Assembly: GCA_964445355.1 (NCBI GenBank)
Contig: CAYUKQ010000004.1
Location: 1,028-65,027 of the forward strand
DNA from: an uncultured Gammaproteobacteria bacterium
GTDB taxonomy: Bacteria > Patescibacteriota > Microgenomatia > CAYQLK01
Length of the DNA stretch: 64,000 nt
Direction: 5' to 3'
Shown: in pieces, positions 29,152 through 39,390 of the stretch
Layout: the number at the start of each line of letters is the position of its first letter
Numbering within the stretch: position 1 is the first letter of the stretch
Notes under the pieces: model-generated
What the model was told of the DNA's origin: nothing
The model's database searches: none
What the model saw: only the letters and a program-made list of their open reading frames with translations
Program-made: the position numbers and the translations under genes

Positions 29152-31299
29152 ATGGAAAAAATTTACGAGCATAAGGAAATTGAAAGTAAAATATATCAGG
29201 AGTGGGAAAATTCGGGGTATTTTAAACCTGAAATAAATAGCGGGGATCCTTTTGTAATTATTATGCCTCCGCCGAATGCAAATGGTTTTATTCATATTGG
29301 ACATGCACGCGGCAATGTGATTCAGGATATTATGGTGCGCTTTGAAAGAATGCGCGGTAAGAGGGCTTTTATTCTTCCCGGAGCTGATCATGCCGGTATC
29401 CAAACGCAGGTTGTTTATGAAAGAGAGTTGGCAAAAAAAGACTTGAGTCGGTACAAGCTGGGTAGAGAAGAGTTTTTTCGGCAGGTTTATGAATTTAGTA
29501 TTAATAATCGCGACAATATGGAAAACCAAATCAGACACTTGGGTGTTAGTTGCGACTGGAGTCGAAAAAAGTTTACTTTGGAGCCGGATGTAACTCGTGT
29601 TGTTTATCAAACTTTTGTCGAAATGTATGAAGATGATTTGATCTATCAAGGCGAAAGGTTGATCAATTGGTGCTTTAGATGTTCAACGGCATTATCGGAT
29701 CTTGAGGTTGAGCACGAGGATAAGACTGACAAGTTGTATTTTGTACGTTATGAAATAGTTGATCCTGGCCTTAATGATCCGAAGTATTTGGTTGTTGCGA
29801 CAGTCAGACCAGAACCAATCATGATCGATACTCATCTGGCAATTAATCCTAAGGATAAGTTAAGAAAAAAATGGATCGGAAAAAAAGTAAAAAATCCCCT
29901 AACCGGAAAGGAGATGGAAATAATTGCTGATGAATTTGTTGATATTAAATTTGGTACTGGAATCGTCAAATTAACCCCTGGTCATGATAAAAACGATTAC
30001 GAGGCCGCAATTAAACATAAACTACCGATTGTGACCGTGATCGGACAAGACGGAAAGTTAAATGACAATGGCGGAAAATATGCAGGAATGAAGATTGCTG
30101 AAGCTAGACGCGAAGTAGTTGAGAATTTAACTGCGAATGGCCTGATAGAAAAAGTTGATGAAAAATATATACACAGTGTTGGAGTCTGCGAAAGATGTAA
30201 ATCGACTGTAGAGCAGCTGATCTCGACCCAGTGGTTTGTGGCGGTTAATAAGCCTGGTAAAAAATCTGGCAAGATCTTTGCGGAGGATGCAATAAAGGCG
30301 GTAAATGATGGCAAAATTAAGTTTGTACAAGCGCGACAAGAAAAAATCTTTAAACACTGGATGAATAATATTCACGACTGGTGTATCAGCAGACAGATAT
30401 GGTGGGGTCATCAAATTCCGGTATGGTATTGTCAGGACTGCAACGACCAATCCCCTATTGTGTCAATTGAAACTCCAAAGACGTGTAACAAGTGTAAATC
30501 AAAAAATCTTATTCAAGACTCAGACACGCTCGACACATGGTTCTCTTCCGGACAATGGCCGTATTCGACTTTGGGATATCCTGATTCAAAGGATTATGAA
30601 AATTTTTATCCGACTAGTGTAATGGAAACTGCATATGACATTATTTTCTTTTGGGTAGCCAGAATGATTATGTTTGGTATTTACAAAACAGGACTTCCAC
30701 CATTTAGCGAGGTTTATTTCCATGGAATAGTTAGAGACGACAAAGGTCAAAAAATGAGTAAATCAAAAGGAAATGTAATTAGTCCGATTGAAGTAGCTGA
30801 GCAGTACGGTGCGGATGCGGTAAGAATGTCGTTAATTTACGGCTCTAACGCGGATAACGATCTGAATTTGGGAATGGATAAAATTCGTGGAATGAGAAAT
30901 TTCACTAATAAAATATGGAATGCTTCCAGATTTGTTTTAGATTTTTACGATGGAGAAAACCACAGTGATGGCAAGAGTCCAAAAACAGAAGGATTCAATG
31001 AGGAAATATTAGAAAAAATTGAGGGTTTGCATGTAAAAATTACTAATAATTTTGAAAATAGAAATTTTACTGCCGCCGCGAACGAGTTGTATGAATTTTT
31101 TTGGCATTACTTTTGTGATGAGTATTTGGAAGAGGCAAAATCTGACAGAGAAAAATTCCAACCGACTTTGGAGTATGTGCTTGGACGACTACTTAAACTT
31201 CTCCACCCTATTACTCCGTATATTACTGAGGAAATTTGGGGGAAGCTCCCCTACTCTGACTCTAAAATTATTATAGAACCATGGCAAAACGTAAAATAA
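29152..31299 (+). CDS. valS: valyl-tRNA synthetase (short, lacking the C-terminal coiled-coil)
   Basis: PPPNANGFIHIGHA (HIGH), GADHAGIQTQ and KMSKSKGNVI. The CP1 editing region is present. Confidence 0.85.
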   Translation: MEKIYEHKEIESKIYQEWENSGYFKPEINSGDPFVIIMPPPNANGFIHIGHARGNVIQDIMVRFERMRGKRAFILPGADHAGIQTQVVYERELAKKDLSRYKLGREEFFRQVYEFSINNRDNMENQIRHLGVSCDWSRKKFTLEPDVTRVVYQTFVEMYEDDLIYQGERLINWCFRCSTALSDLEVEHEDKTDKLYFVRYEIVDPGLNDPKYLVVATVRPEPIMIDTHLAINPKDKLRKKWIGKKVKNPLTGKEMEIIADEFVDIKFGTGIVKLTPGHDKNDYEAAIKHKLPIVTVIGQDGKLNDNGGKYAGMKIAEARREVVENLTANGLIEKVDEKYIHSVGVCERCKSTVEQLISTQWFVAVNKPGKKSGKIFAEDAIKAVNDGKIKFVQARQEKIFKHWMNNIHDWCISRQIWWGHQIPVWYCQDCNDQSPIVSIETPKTCNKCKSKNLIQDSDTLDTWFSSGQWPYSTLGYPDSKDYENFYPTSVMETAYDIIFFWVARMIMFGIYKTGLPPFSEVYFHGIVRDDKGQKMSKSKGNVISPIEVAEQYGADAVRMSLIYGSNADNDLNLGMDKIRGMRNFTNKIWNASRFVLDFYDGENHSDGKSPKTEGFNEEILEKIEGLHVKITNNFENRNFTAAANELYEFFWHYFCDEYLEEAKSDREKFQPTLEYVLGRLLKLLHPITPYITEEIWGKLPYSDSKIIIEPWQNVK

Positions 31300-31826
31300 A
31301 ATATTCCCCGCATTTATTCCCGCATATTCCCCGCATTTATTCCCGCATAATTTTGGTGCTCGTTTTTTTGTTTATAGCTTCACTTTTAATTGAAAAAGGT
31401 AAAGCGTATGGAACAGTAAGTGAGGAAAATATTGAAGGAATTTATGAAAAATTAAAAGAACGCCCAAACTCCGAAATATTACACTATAAGTTAGCGAAGG
31501 CATTGCAAAAAAATGGCAACTTTGAAGAAGCTGTTAGAGAGTTTTTGATCGCGAAAGAGTTAGGGATTCCTGTTAATCTGGTTAATGATGCACTGATTCA
31601 GATTCAGGATTCAAAGGTAACACACTTGAAAATATCTACCGATTTGGAGCGCTGGAAAAAAATTGTTAGTGAAAAGCCCGATTACCGCGACGGATGGTAT
31701 CAGATCGCTTTACTTGAGTGGAGATTATCGAACAACATTGAGGCTAAGAATGCACTTATTAAAGCTTTGGAGTTGGACCCAAATTATGCACCCGCGAGGG
31801 ACTTCTATGCTTATTTGGAATCTTAG
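31281..31826 (+). CDS. membrane-anchored TPR-repeat protein
   Basis: N-terminal TM and TPR-like helical repeats. It overlaps the valS 3' end by 19 nt. Confidence 0.45.
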   Translation: MAKRKIKYSPHLFPHIPRIYSRIILVLVFLFIASLLIEKGKAYGTVSEENIEGIYEKLKERPNSEILHYKLAKALQKNGNFEEAVREFLIAKELGIPVNLVNDALIQIQDSKVTHLKISTDLERWKKIVSEKPDYRDGWYQIALLEWRLSNNIEAKNALIKALELDPNYAPARDFYAYLES

Positions 31827-31847
31827 AGATAGGCTTATTTAAGCAAA

Positions 31848-32534
31848 TTAGTTTTGGTCTGCGGATTCGGAAGTATCCGAGGATTGTTCTTCAACACCCT
31901 CCCCTTCCTCTGCCTTCGATGATTCCTCGGCCGCTTCAGCTTCTGCCTCAGCCTCTGCTTCGACCTCTTCCATTTCTTTGGTTACAAATTCTCCAATTGA
32001 AGCAACAACTAATTCGGCGTCAGATAGAATCTCTATCTTGTCGTTAATCTTAAGGTCTCCAATTGTGATAGTGTCACCAACCTCTTTGAGTGATTCTATG
32101 TTGACTTCAATTTTTTCTGGAAGATCTGCAGGTAAGGCTTCGACCTCAACTTCAGATACCGGAGTAAGCAATAAACCAATTTTGGTTTCTACGGCTGGGG
32201 ATTCGCCGATTACTTCTAATGGGACCTGAACTTTGACCTTTTCCGACAAATTAACTTTATAAAAATCAACATGAAGCATTTTTAAGGTAACTGGGTCTAA
32301 ATGCATACCCTTAACCAACACAGGATAATCTTTTGAACCAATTTTTAGATTGATAATGCCTGTTTCTCCACTTTTATGAAAGATGTTTTTAAATTCTTTT
32401 TCATCGACAGAAATATTCTCTGAATCAATTTTGTGTCCGAAAACGTGTGCAGGAATAATGCCTTGGGAGCGTAGTTTTTTGACTTTTTTGCCAGTTATTT
32501 CACGTGACTGGGCGGTCAGATTTAATTTGTCCAT
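31848..32534 (-). CDS. rplY: 50S ribosomal protein L25/general stress protein Ctc with an acidic low-complexity tail
   Basis: L25/Ctc N- and middle domains, then a C-terminal EAEAEAEAEA...E/S-rich tail. Confidence 0.8.
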   Translation of the reverse strand: MDKLNLTAQSREITGKKVKKLRSQGIIPAHVFGHKIDSENISVDEKEFKNIFHKSGETGIINLKIGSKDYPVLVKGMHLDPVTLKMLHVDFYKVNLSEKVKVQVPLEVIGESPAVETKIGLLLTPVSEVEVEALPADLPEKIEVNIESLKEVGDTITIGDLKINDKIEILSDAELVVASIGEFVTKEMEEVEAEAEAEAEAAEESSKAEEGEGVEEQSSDTSESADQN

Positions 32535-32584
32535 GATTGTTTATTATTATCGGATTGATAATACTAGATTAATTATAGTTGACG

Positions 32585-32620
32585 CGGAAGTATAATGCTA
32601 AGCTGGGTTCGATGTCAAGA
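32585..32620 (-). promoter_or_regulatory. Candidate promoter for rplY (TTGACA, 18 nt, TATACT on the minus strand)
   Basis: Read from the reverse complement of 32585-32620. Confidence 0.4.
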
Positions 32621-32631
32621 AAACTCTATTC

Positions 32632-35361
32632 TTAATGATTAAGAGTAAGCTCGATTTTTTCAGAAGTGTTGGTGTTTTTAATAAATTCGATTTTTTGTTC
32701 TGAAAATAGAATGTCGCTATTTTGAGAGCTGGTGTGAAAAAAGTTTGGGTAATTAAATTCAAAATTCAAATCGATATTATATGTTCCGGCTTGTTTTTGA
32801 TAATAAAAGGAGTAATTGGATGTTTTTTGCGTTATGTCGATACCTTTAGGTTGTGTATAAAGAACATTAAGCGACTTTTCTGAACTAACTGGAATCAGTA
32901 TATTACCTGCAAAAAATGTTAAGACACCATCATCAAACGATTGAAATTGCCCGGTAATATCCTGACTATCCAGAGTAACTTTTTCAAGCTTTGAGCCGCG
33001 TGGAACAAAGATTCTTAAGTAATTTTTATACTCCCCTGCCGGCCAGCTATTACTTGGCGAATTATTAAGGTAATTAATTTTGAGATCAGAAAGAATATTG
33101 CCGTTTTTATCAAGATTAATTTGATAATTAAGCTTTTTTTTAAGATAAGCGTTGGATTTGTTGGCTCCAAGATTAGCATCAACAACCATTAAATAATCTT
33201 GAGTGCCTTGAGCGTCCGGCAAATAATTTTTGCCAGGTATTTTGTTAGCTAAACCTAAAGCGTCGAGCCCATACTCGACTTTTTGGTTAGAAAACGCAAC
33301 CTGCATACTTTGAGTTAATAGTGAGCGATCAATAATTGATAAGAACTCGGGTGTGAGGTATTTGCGGTCAGTCAATAACTGATCAACAAGTTTGCGTGAT
33401 AATAACGAGAAGAAATTTTTCTTTTGTCTTGAACCGGCAAAAAAATTGACTTCTGAGTATTTTTGTCCAAGCTCGACGATATTTTCAGATGTAACTGTTT
33501 CAGAGTAATCCTCTAATGTCACAGGGCCAACATATTCGAGAATTGATTTAATGAATTCCAGATCAATCGCAATTACCCCATCAATATTTTCGCCGGTTTC
33601 TTTGAGATAAAATTCTTTGATCACCGGGTAGTTGTTTTTAAAATCCGGATCCCAGTTAGCATCGCGCAAATACCAACCATCAACACCTAAATGGTCAACC
33701 AGCGGTGCCGGGGCGGGAATCTTTTGCTTTAACTGTCCGTCAATATCATATATGTCTCCAACTTTTAATGAACTGAATTTGCCGTAATTAAAATCCAGTG
33801 TGGAATATGAACCAATAAATCCCCCGCCCGGCCTCAACTCATTGTTATTCAAATTCAGTACAAGATACTTACGCCCTCCATCTGTTCCAATAATTTCAGG
33901 AATTAGCGGTGTTATGATCGAGGCTCTTTGAGAAATCTCATACAAATCTTTGATTTTGTCTTGATAAAGCTGAATTTGATCGCCAGCCGCAAATCTACTT
34001 AATTTTTGCGATTCTAAATATGATAACTGTAAGTTGTTAGATATTACGTTGATTTTGACAGACATTTCGGAGACAAGAGCATCTAATTCACCACCACCTT
34101 TACCCTCTTGGATTGTCTGACTTAGCGAGTTAGTGTTTCTAGCAATATCAACTCCTGAACTAAAAGCTCGTGCAAGATAAACACCACTTAGACTGAAGTG
34201 GTTTATGTCCCCTACTAAGCTAATTTTGTCTGAGATACCGGGAAAAAAATTAATTAATGAATATGCAACCAGATTACGGTTAAATTTTGCCTCAGAGAAT
34301 TTGATTCTTTGCAGAGCCTCATCATATTTTGATTCAATGACTTTGTTTTTGGCGATTTGCAGATCATAGATTGCTGAAAAGGAGTTAAGAACGACAAAAA
34401 TTATTGGGCTAAGTAAAATAATTATTAGACCTATAGCGATGTTAATATAATATTTTTTTTGTGATTTTCGATTATTTATCTTGACTGTTTTTTTGATCGA
34501 TTTTCTTGATTTGCCAGAAATTTCAATCGAACCAATTAGTTGTGCAATTGAGGTTTTGGTATTCCAGTTTATTTTTTGCGAACTTTTTTCAATATTTGCT
34601 TGATTTAGCTTGATGGTTGGATTGAAATAGTTATTGTTAACGAATATCTGAATTCGACGTTTAAATTGTTTGTAAAAGATTTCACGAATTAGTTTGGCAA
34701 TAGAATCAAGCGAAATTGGGGTGTGATTTAGTAATAAAATATTTCGCTTGTTTTTAAAGTCAATTAATGACCTTACTATTCCATAGCTGGCATCGTCAAT
34801 GCTAGTTGGAAAGATATGCTCTTTATGGTTGTTTGGTAGGGTAATTTTGCCGGTTTCGACCGCTTGTAGCAACAAATAATCTAAGATGCTTTTATAGTTC
34901 TGGTAGTTTTGTGAGTACAAAAACCCGACACGAATAATGCTTGCTTTAATTTTTTTTAATTTGATCAGACTATTTGTTCTCTCAATGGGATAGATAGGGT
35001 CGTAAGCATTTTCGGTTACGTAACGAAAATTTTTGGGATAAATAACTTTGCTGTTACTTATTTTTAAATCAAGAAACGGGTCGATATTTACCACTACTAA
35101 TATTGGCACTTGCAATAAAAGAGCAAGCTCAATGAACTCTTCAAATTGAATTTTCACGCGATTTTGCTGTTTATTTTTGCCGTCTAAATGATAAATAAAC
35201 AGCAAATGTGAAGGAGTAAATGAGGTTGAACTTGTTAATGATTGAAAATCGTATCCATCGTATCCAGCATCAGCGAGCTTAGTTAAAACATTGGATTTTA
35301 ATTCGGAGTTTGGACCCGAAACAAGGATTTTGTGGTAATTCAAAAGATTTTCTTGAGGCAT
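32632..35361 (-). CDS. large membrane protein: cytoplasmic Rossmann-like N-domain, a central TM, then a large extracytoplasmic domain (DUF4012-like; hypothetical)
   Basis: 909 aa with one clear TM (YYINIAIGLIIILLSPIIFVVL). Family assignment is tentative. Confidence 0.4.
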   Translation of the reverse strand: MPQENLLNYHKILVSGPNSELKSNVLTKLADAGYDGYDFQSLTSSTSFTPSHLLFIYHLDGKNKQQNRVKIQFEEFIELALLLQVPILVVVNIDPFLDLKISNSKVIYPKNFRYVTENAYDPIYPIERTNSLIKLKKIKASIIRVGFLYSQNYQNYKSILDYLLLQAVETGKITLPNNHKEHIFPTSIDDASYGIVRSLIDFKNKRNILLLNHTPISLDSIAKLIREIFYKQFKRRIQIFVNNNYFNPTIKLNQANIEKSSQKINWNTKTSIAQLIGSIEISGKSRKSIKKTVKINNRKSQKKYYINIAIGLIIILLSPIIFVVLNSFSAIYDLQIAKNKVIESKYDEALQRIKFSEAKFNRNLVAYSLINFFPGISDKISLVGDINHFSLSGVYLARAFSSGVDIARNTNSLSQTIQEGKGGGELDALVSEMSVKINVISNNLQLSYLESQKLSRFAAGDQIQLYQDKIKDLYEISQRASIITPLIPEIIGTDGGRKYLVLNLNNNELRPGGGFIGSYSTLDFNYGKFSSLKVGDIYDIDGQLKQKIPAPAPLVDHLGVDGWYLRDANWDPDFKNNYPVIKEFYLKETGENIDGVIAIDLEFIKSILEYVGPVTLEDYSETVTSENIVELGQKYSEVNFFAGSRQKKNFFSLLSRKLVDQLLTDRKYLTPEFLSIIDRSLLTQSMQVAFSNQKVEYGLDALGLANKIPGKNYLPDAQGTQDYLMVVDANLGANKSNAYLKKKLNYQINLDKNGNILSDLKINYLNNSPSNSWPAGEYKNYLRIFVPRGSKLEKVTLDSQDITGQFQSFDDGVLTFFAGNILIPVSSEKSLNVLYTQPKGIDITQKTSNYSFYYQKQAGTYNIDLNFEFNYPNFFHTSSQNSDILFSEQKIEFIKNTNTSEKIELTLNH

Positions 35362-35495
35362 TGAAGCAAAGTTTAAAAGAATCTTGACTAAGAAGCAATT
35401 ATGTAGTTATCAACAGAAGTAGATTTGAATTATAACGATGTGAAAACAAAAAATAATGAACAAAACTAACTTCTAAAGTGGGTTTGTGAGGAAAT

Positions 35496-35987
35496 TTAAC
35501 GGATGTACCTTAGTGAGAATATTGAAAGAAGACTTAAAACAGTAAAGGAAAATAACGAAACAAAAAATATTTTTAGATAATTCGGCTCGACGAGTAATGT
35601 TACTGAATCGCTTGCTGCCGGAAGTAGTTCAATATTTGAATTTATTTTTCTTAATTGAGTCATAACTTTGGGTTCTAAGTTTTGAAATTTGCTTTTTGAT
35701 TCTTGGATGTCTGGGCTGCTGGTTTTGAGTTCGATCACATTGACTGTTTTGTCAGCGGCAATAATTACCGGCTTATCAAGCCCTATATCTTGATTAAAGT
35801 CGGGGGAGTTAATGATTACAGTTAGTGTTTTTTCTAAATTATCAACATTAGATTTTTGCTGTGAAATTGAGTAGGTTTTGGAGGTTAGATAGTGTTTTGG
35901 ATTCTGATAGACATATCCGAGTGCAGAGATAATGATAATTATGAAAATAACTGAGATTGTTATTTTTTCGCTATTGAGTAATTTCAC
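35496..35987 (-). CDS. membrane-associated hypothetical protein
   Basis: N- and C-terminal hydrophobic helices, with a 4-nt overlap with rnhA. Confidence 0.35.
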   Translation of the reverse strand: MKLLNSEKITISVIFIIIIISALGYVYQNPKHYLTSKTYSISQQKSNVDNLEKTLTVIINSPDFNQDIGLDKPVIIAADKTVNVIELKTSSPDIQESKSKFQNLEPKVMTQLRKINSNIELLPAASDSVTLLVEPNYLKIFFVSLFSFTVLSLLSIFSLRYIR

Positions 35988-36400
35988 GGTGTTTGATTGT
36001 CGAGTACAAGATTTGCTTGAGTGTCAGCCTCGTGATTCAGTTCACGTGGAATGTGTTGATAAGTAACGCGAGCAAACATGTTTTCTAATTGTTTAATTTT
36101 AATAAAGAAATCTCGAAGATTTGTGTTTTTAATTTTATACCTTCCGGATAGTTGTTCGACTGCAAGTTTGGAGTCAAGTTTAAAATTGAGAGTGGTCTGA
36201 TTACAGTTACTGTCGAGCATAACGACTTTTTCAAACGCTTCAATAATTGCAGAATACTCAGCTGTGTTATTGGTTGCGACACCGAGAAAACTGCCTCCTG
36301 AAAATATGGTTTCGTGAGAATTTTTAATTACAAACCCTGTTGATGCCGGTCCGGGATTTCCCCGACTTGCACCGTCAGTAAAAATTGTTAGCTCTGTCAT
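35984..36400 (-). CDS. rnhA: ribonuclease HI
   Basis: TDGASRGNPGPA...NNTAEY...HIPRELNHEAD catalytic motifs. Confidence 0.85.
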   Translation of the reverse strand: MTELTIFTDGASRGNPGPASTGFVIKNSHETIFSGGSFLGVATNNTAEYSAIIEAFEKVVMLDSNCNQTTLNFKLDSKLAVEQLSGRYKIKNTNLRDFFIKIKQLENMFARVTYQHIPRELNHEADTQANLVLDNQTP

Positions 36401-37641
36401 TTTTTTAATTGTTTGAAAAGTATAAGCGAACTGAGTAAAAGTATCATCATTTCACTAATTACCGTAATGTAGGCAGACGAAACGGCGCCGAATTGGGGAA
36501 TAAAAATTAGGTTGGCCAGAAAATTTAACAATCCAACTATTAAGTAAATAATACTAAGTATTTTTTGCCTGTTAAAGGTTACCAAAAGCCACATAACAAT
36601 AGCTGATAAAAAGAAGAATGGATAACCGAAAGAAAGAATTTTTAGTAATTTAATTGACGGATCAAAATTACTACCAGAGATAATCGTAATAATGATATTT
36701 GAAGTGAAAATAAAAAATATTGAAATAAAAATTGAAATTGTTCCGAGTAACAACGCAGATTTGTTAAATATTCGTTTTAGGTTGTTTTGGTTATCAAGAT
36801 TTTTGAGAAAAACAGGGAAGAGCGAGTTTGAAAAAAATATTGGAATGACTAATACTGTTTCAAAGATCCGGTAAGCTAACCCGTAATATCCAACTTCTTC
36901 GGGTGAACGTAGCAGTCCGAGAAGAATTGTGTCGATACGAAAGTAAATTAAATTTATGACCAGGGTTATTCCTAGAGATACTGAACTAACTGATAGTTTT
37001 TTGGAATAAGTTTGGTCGAACTTTGGCGATGGTTGAAATCCAATCCGGTTTAATAATCGATATGCAATTAAAAAGAGTACGGCGTTTGAAAATGTGTAGG
37101 CCAAGACTAATAAATAAAGATTTTTGAATGGAATAACAACCACAATTAGAATTAAGCTGGCAAGGCTGGAAATAATTGTGGCAACTGAAGACAGGTCGTA
37201 TCTTAATTCTTTTTGAAAAACCGCGTTGAGTGTATTAAATAAACCTTGGAAAAATATAGTAAAAGAAGCCAGAAAAATTCCAAATTTGACTCCCTGACTA
37301 AATCCGCTTCCATCATTTCCATTGTAAGGGAGGGGGAGGGCTAAAAGAATACAAAAACCAGTTAGAAGCCCGGAAGTAACAATTCTTAGGGCGAAGAATT
37401 TATTGAAGTCTCTTTTAAAATTTTCTTGCGCGGTCTGTTTTAAAAAAGTTGCGTTAAATCCAAAATCTGCGATTAAGTAAAAAACCGAAACAAAGGACAT
37501 TATTTTGACAAATTCACCATACTCAAAGACAGATAATTGCCGGGTAATTAACGCGGTAACAAATAAAGATACGGACACAGTAGCCGTCTTGGCAATTATT
37601 TGATAAATCGTATTTTTTGAAACTTCTTTGAGATTAGACAT
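36397..37641 (-). CDS. polysaccharide/oligosaccharide flippase (Wzx/MOP superfamily)
   Basis: 414 aa with about 12 TM helices and a MOP flippase-like N-terminus. Confidence 0.6.
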   Translation of the reverse strand: MSNLKEVSKNTIYQIIAKTATVSVSLFVTALITRQLSVFEYGEFVKIMSFVSVFYLIADFGFNATFLKQTAQENFKRDFNKFFALRIVTSGLLTGFCILLALPLPYNGNDGSGFSQGVKFGIFLASFTIFFQGLFNTLNAVFQKELRYDLSSVATIISSLASLILIVVVIPFKNLYLLVLAYTFSNAVLFLIAYRLLNRIGFQPSPKFDQTYSKKLSVSSVSLGITLVINLIYFRIDTILLGLLRSPEEVGYYGLAYRIFETVLVIPIFFSNSLFPVFLKNLDNQNNLKRIFNKSALLLGTISIFISIFFIFTSNIIITIISGSNFDPSIKLLKILSFGYPFFFLSAIVMWLLVTFNRQKILSIIYLIVGLLNFLANLIFIPQFGAVSSAYITVISEMMILLLSSLILFKQLKK

Positions 37642-38987
37642 TAATCCAAGTCTAGCATTTTATTTAAGGCCAAAATCAATCCGATTAATACTCCGAACAG
37701 ATATATTGCCTGAAAACTAGTCATAAAATAATGATCAACCATTAATCCGTAACTATAAATAACCACTAAGGGGAGAATTAGTTCTCTTCCTGTATGAGAC
37801 TTAAATATTGCCGGCAGGCGCGTAATTAATGGCAGAGTCAGATAAAGAATGAAGATAAAAAATATAATTCCATATTCTGCAAGGAAAAGTATAAAAAAGT
37901 TATGAGGAGGCTGAAAAAGGCGTAAATTAAACCCTTTAAAAAAATATTCTTGAGCAGAAAGAAGATAATTGCCGGGACCTACTCCAAAGAAAAAATGGTC
38001 GATAAATACTTTTATACCAATAAGGTTAAGCTCAATTCGTTCGGTAATTGATTTTGATTCGGGTGTGAGATTAGTAAAAATGTAGAAGGGTATTACTACA
38101 GCTAGAGCTAGAAAGATCAATATTATTGTCTGTGATTTAAGTTTTAGTTTTATGAACCTAAGAACCAAAACAGACAAAAACATTAGAATTCCTGCTCTGG
38201 AAAAAGCTGTGAACATGGCAATAAGCAAAAGAAGAAGTGTGAATAAATAAAATAACTTTGTTAAATGATTTTTGACTGAGCGAAAGATAAAAAGTAAATA
38301 GACAATTGAACTTATTAAGACCAAACTGAAAATGTTGGGATGGGGGGATGTGCCGTAAGCTCTAAGGAAACTAAAATTCCCTATCTGGCCGAGTGCAATA
38401 TTTGGAGTAAGGGAGTTAAAAAAGTACGATCCAATTATCGAAATATTAGGGGATACGCCGGAGAAAAATTGAATTAGGCCGATAATACTCGAAATAACTG
38501 AGCCGGATATTAATCCAAGGGAAAATAATTTAACTAGGTTGCTAAAGTTTTTGGGGGATGTTGATGACAAACGAAACACAACCGTAATCAGGGTTATGAA
38601 AAAAAATAGTCGAATCAGGCTAAAAAAATATAAAGTCTTGTTTAAAGATTCAAGATACCAGATCAAAATAAAGGCAATCAGAATAATTGACCTTGCGATG
38701 ATTTTCCCGGTGGGATAGGGAATAAACAATTTATATTCACGTGTAAATATTATGATTAAAAAAATAGCTAGAAGTAGATCTGAGGCTCGAATATAAAAAA
38801 TGAAATAGTCTGTCAAAAAACCAAAAATGTAAGCTTGTGACAAGTCAAGCTTATACCCGGTTTGAAAACTGAGACTGAGTCCAAAAAGAAATAAGGTCAG
38901 TGAGTATAAAAGGCTGAAAAAATTATGCCTTGGGAGAGACAATAAGTTTGCGGAAACGGCCTTCACCTTCGGATTTTGTTTCAACAT
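37641..38987 (-). CDS. O-antigen ligase/polymerase-like (Wzy/WaaL family) membrane protein
   Basis: Polytopic protein with a central large periplasmic-loop architecture. The annotated start overlaps jag by 65 nt, so the true start is probably downstream. Confidence 0.45.
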   Translation of the reverse strand: MLKQNPKVKAVSANLLSLPRHNFFSLLYSLTLFLFGLSLSFQTGYKLDLSQAYIFGFLTDYFIFYIRASDLLLAIFLIIIFTREYKLFIPYPTGKIIARSIILIAFILIWYLESLNKTLYFFSLIRLFFFITLITVVFRLSSTSPKNFSNLVKLFSLGLISGSVISSIIGLIQFFSGVSPNISIIGSYFFNSLTPNIALGQIGNFSFLRAYGTSPHPNIFSLVLISSIVYLLFIFRSVKNHLTKLFYLFTLLLLLIAMFTAFSRAGILMFLSVLVLRFIKLKLKSQTIILIFLALAVVIPFYIFTNLTPESKSITERIELNLIGIKVFIDHFFFGVGPGNYLLSAQEYFFKGFNLRLFQPPHNFFILFLAEYGIIFFIFILYLTLPLITRLPAIFKSHTGRELILPLVVIYSYGLMVDHYFMTSFQAIYLFGVLIGLILALNKMLDLD

Positions 38988-39390
38988 CGGGATTGTTTTC
39001 TAGGGTAAGGTGAATTACTCTGCGTTCAAACGGCTTAAGATTGGAGAGACTTTGTGGTTTGTTGGAAAATTTTACTTTTTGGACAACTTTGGCCGCTAAC
39101 TCTTTTAGTTCTGATTCGCGGTTGGTTTTCCAATTGTCAACATCAACAACAATATCCGGCAACTCTTCGCCCGGAAAAAGTTTGAAGATTGTTGTGTGAA
39201 GGATTGTTTGTAGAGAGTCTAAATTCTCACCGTGTCGTCCAATAAGCAAACTAGAGTCTGAACTATCAATATTAAATCTCAAAGATCCATCTTCTTGAGC
39301 GACAGAGGATATTTCTGCGGTAATGTTTAATCTAGATAAGATTTTTTCAAGCTGATCAAGGACCTTGTCCTCAAGATTATTTTTTGTCAT
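38923..39390 (-). CDS. jag: Jag/KhpB RNA-binding protein (KH + R3H domains)
   Basis: KH-like (LLIGRHGENLDSLQ) and R3H (FERRVIHLTLENNPDVET) motifs, conserved downstream of yidC. Confidence 0.8.
   Translation of the reverse strand: MTKNNLEDKVLDQLEKILSRLNITAEISSVAQEDGSLRFNIDSSDSSLLIGRHGENLDSLQTILHTTIFKLFPGEELPDIVVDVDNWKTNRESELKELAAKVVQKVKFSNKPQSLSNLKPFERRVIHLTLENNPDVETKSEGEGRFRKLIVSPKA

Noticed and set aside
29098-29649. A 183-aa minus-strand ORF overlaps the 5' part of valS.
   Set aside because: It overlaps the clearly genuine valS N-terminus, which carries the HIGH motif. Its AT-rich, Ile/Asn/Phe-rich composition is typical of a spurious ORF.
32598-32615. A GGTTCGAT T-loop-like motif suggested a tRNA between rplY and the 909-aa gene.
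   Set aside because: No acceptor stem or anticodon arm can be drawn around it. The segment instead fits an rplY promoter (TTGACA...TATACT).
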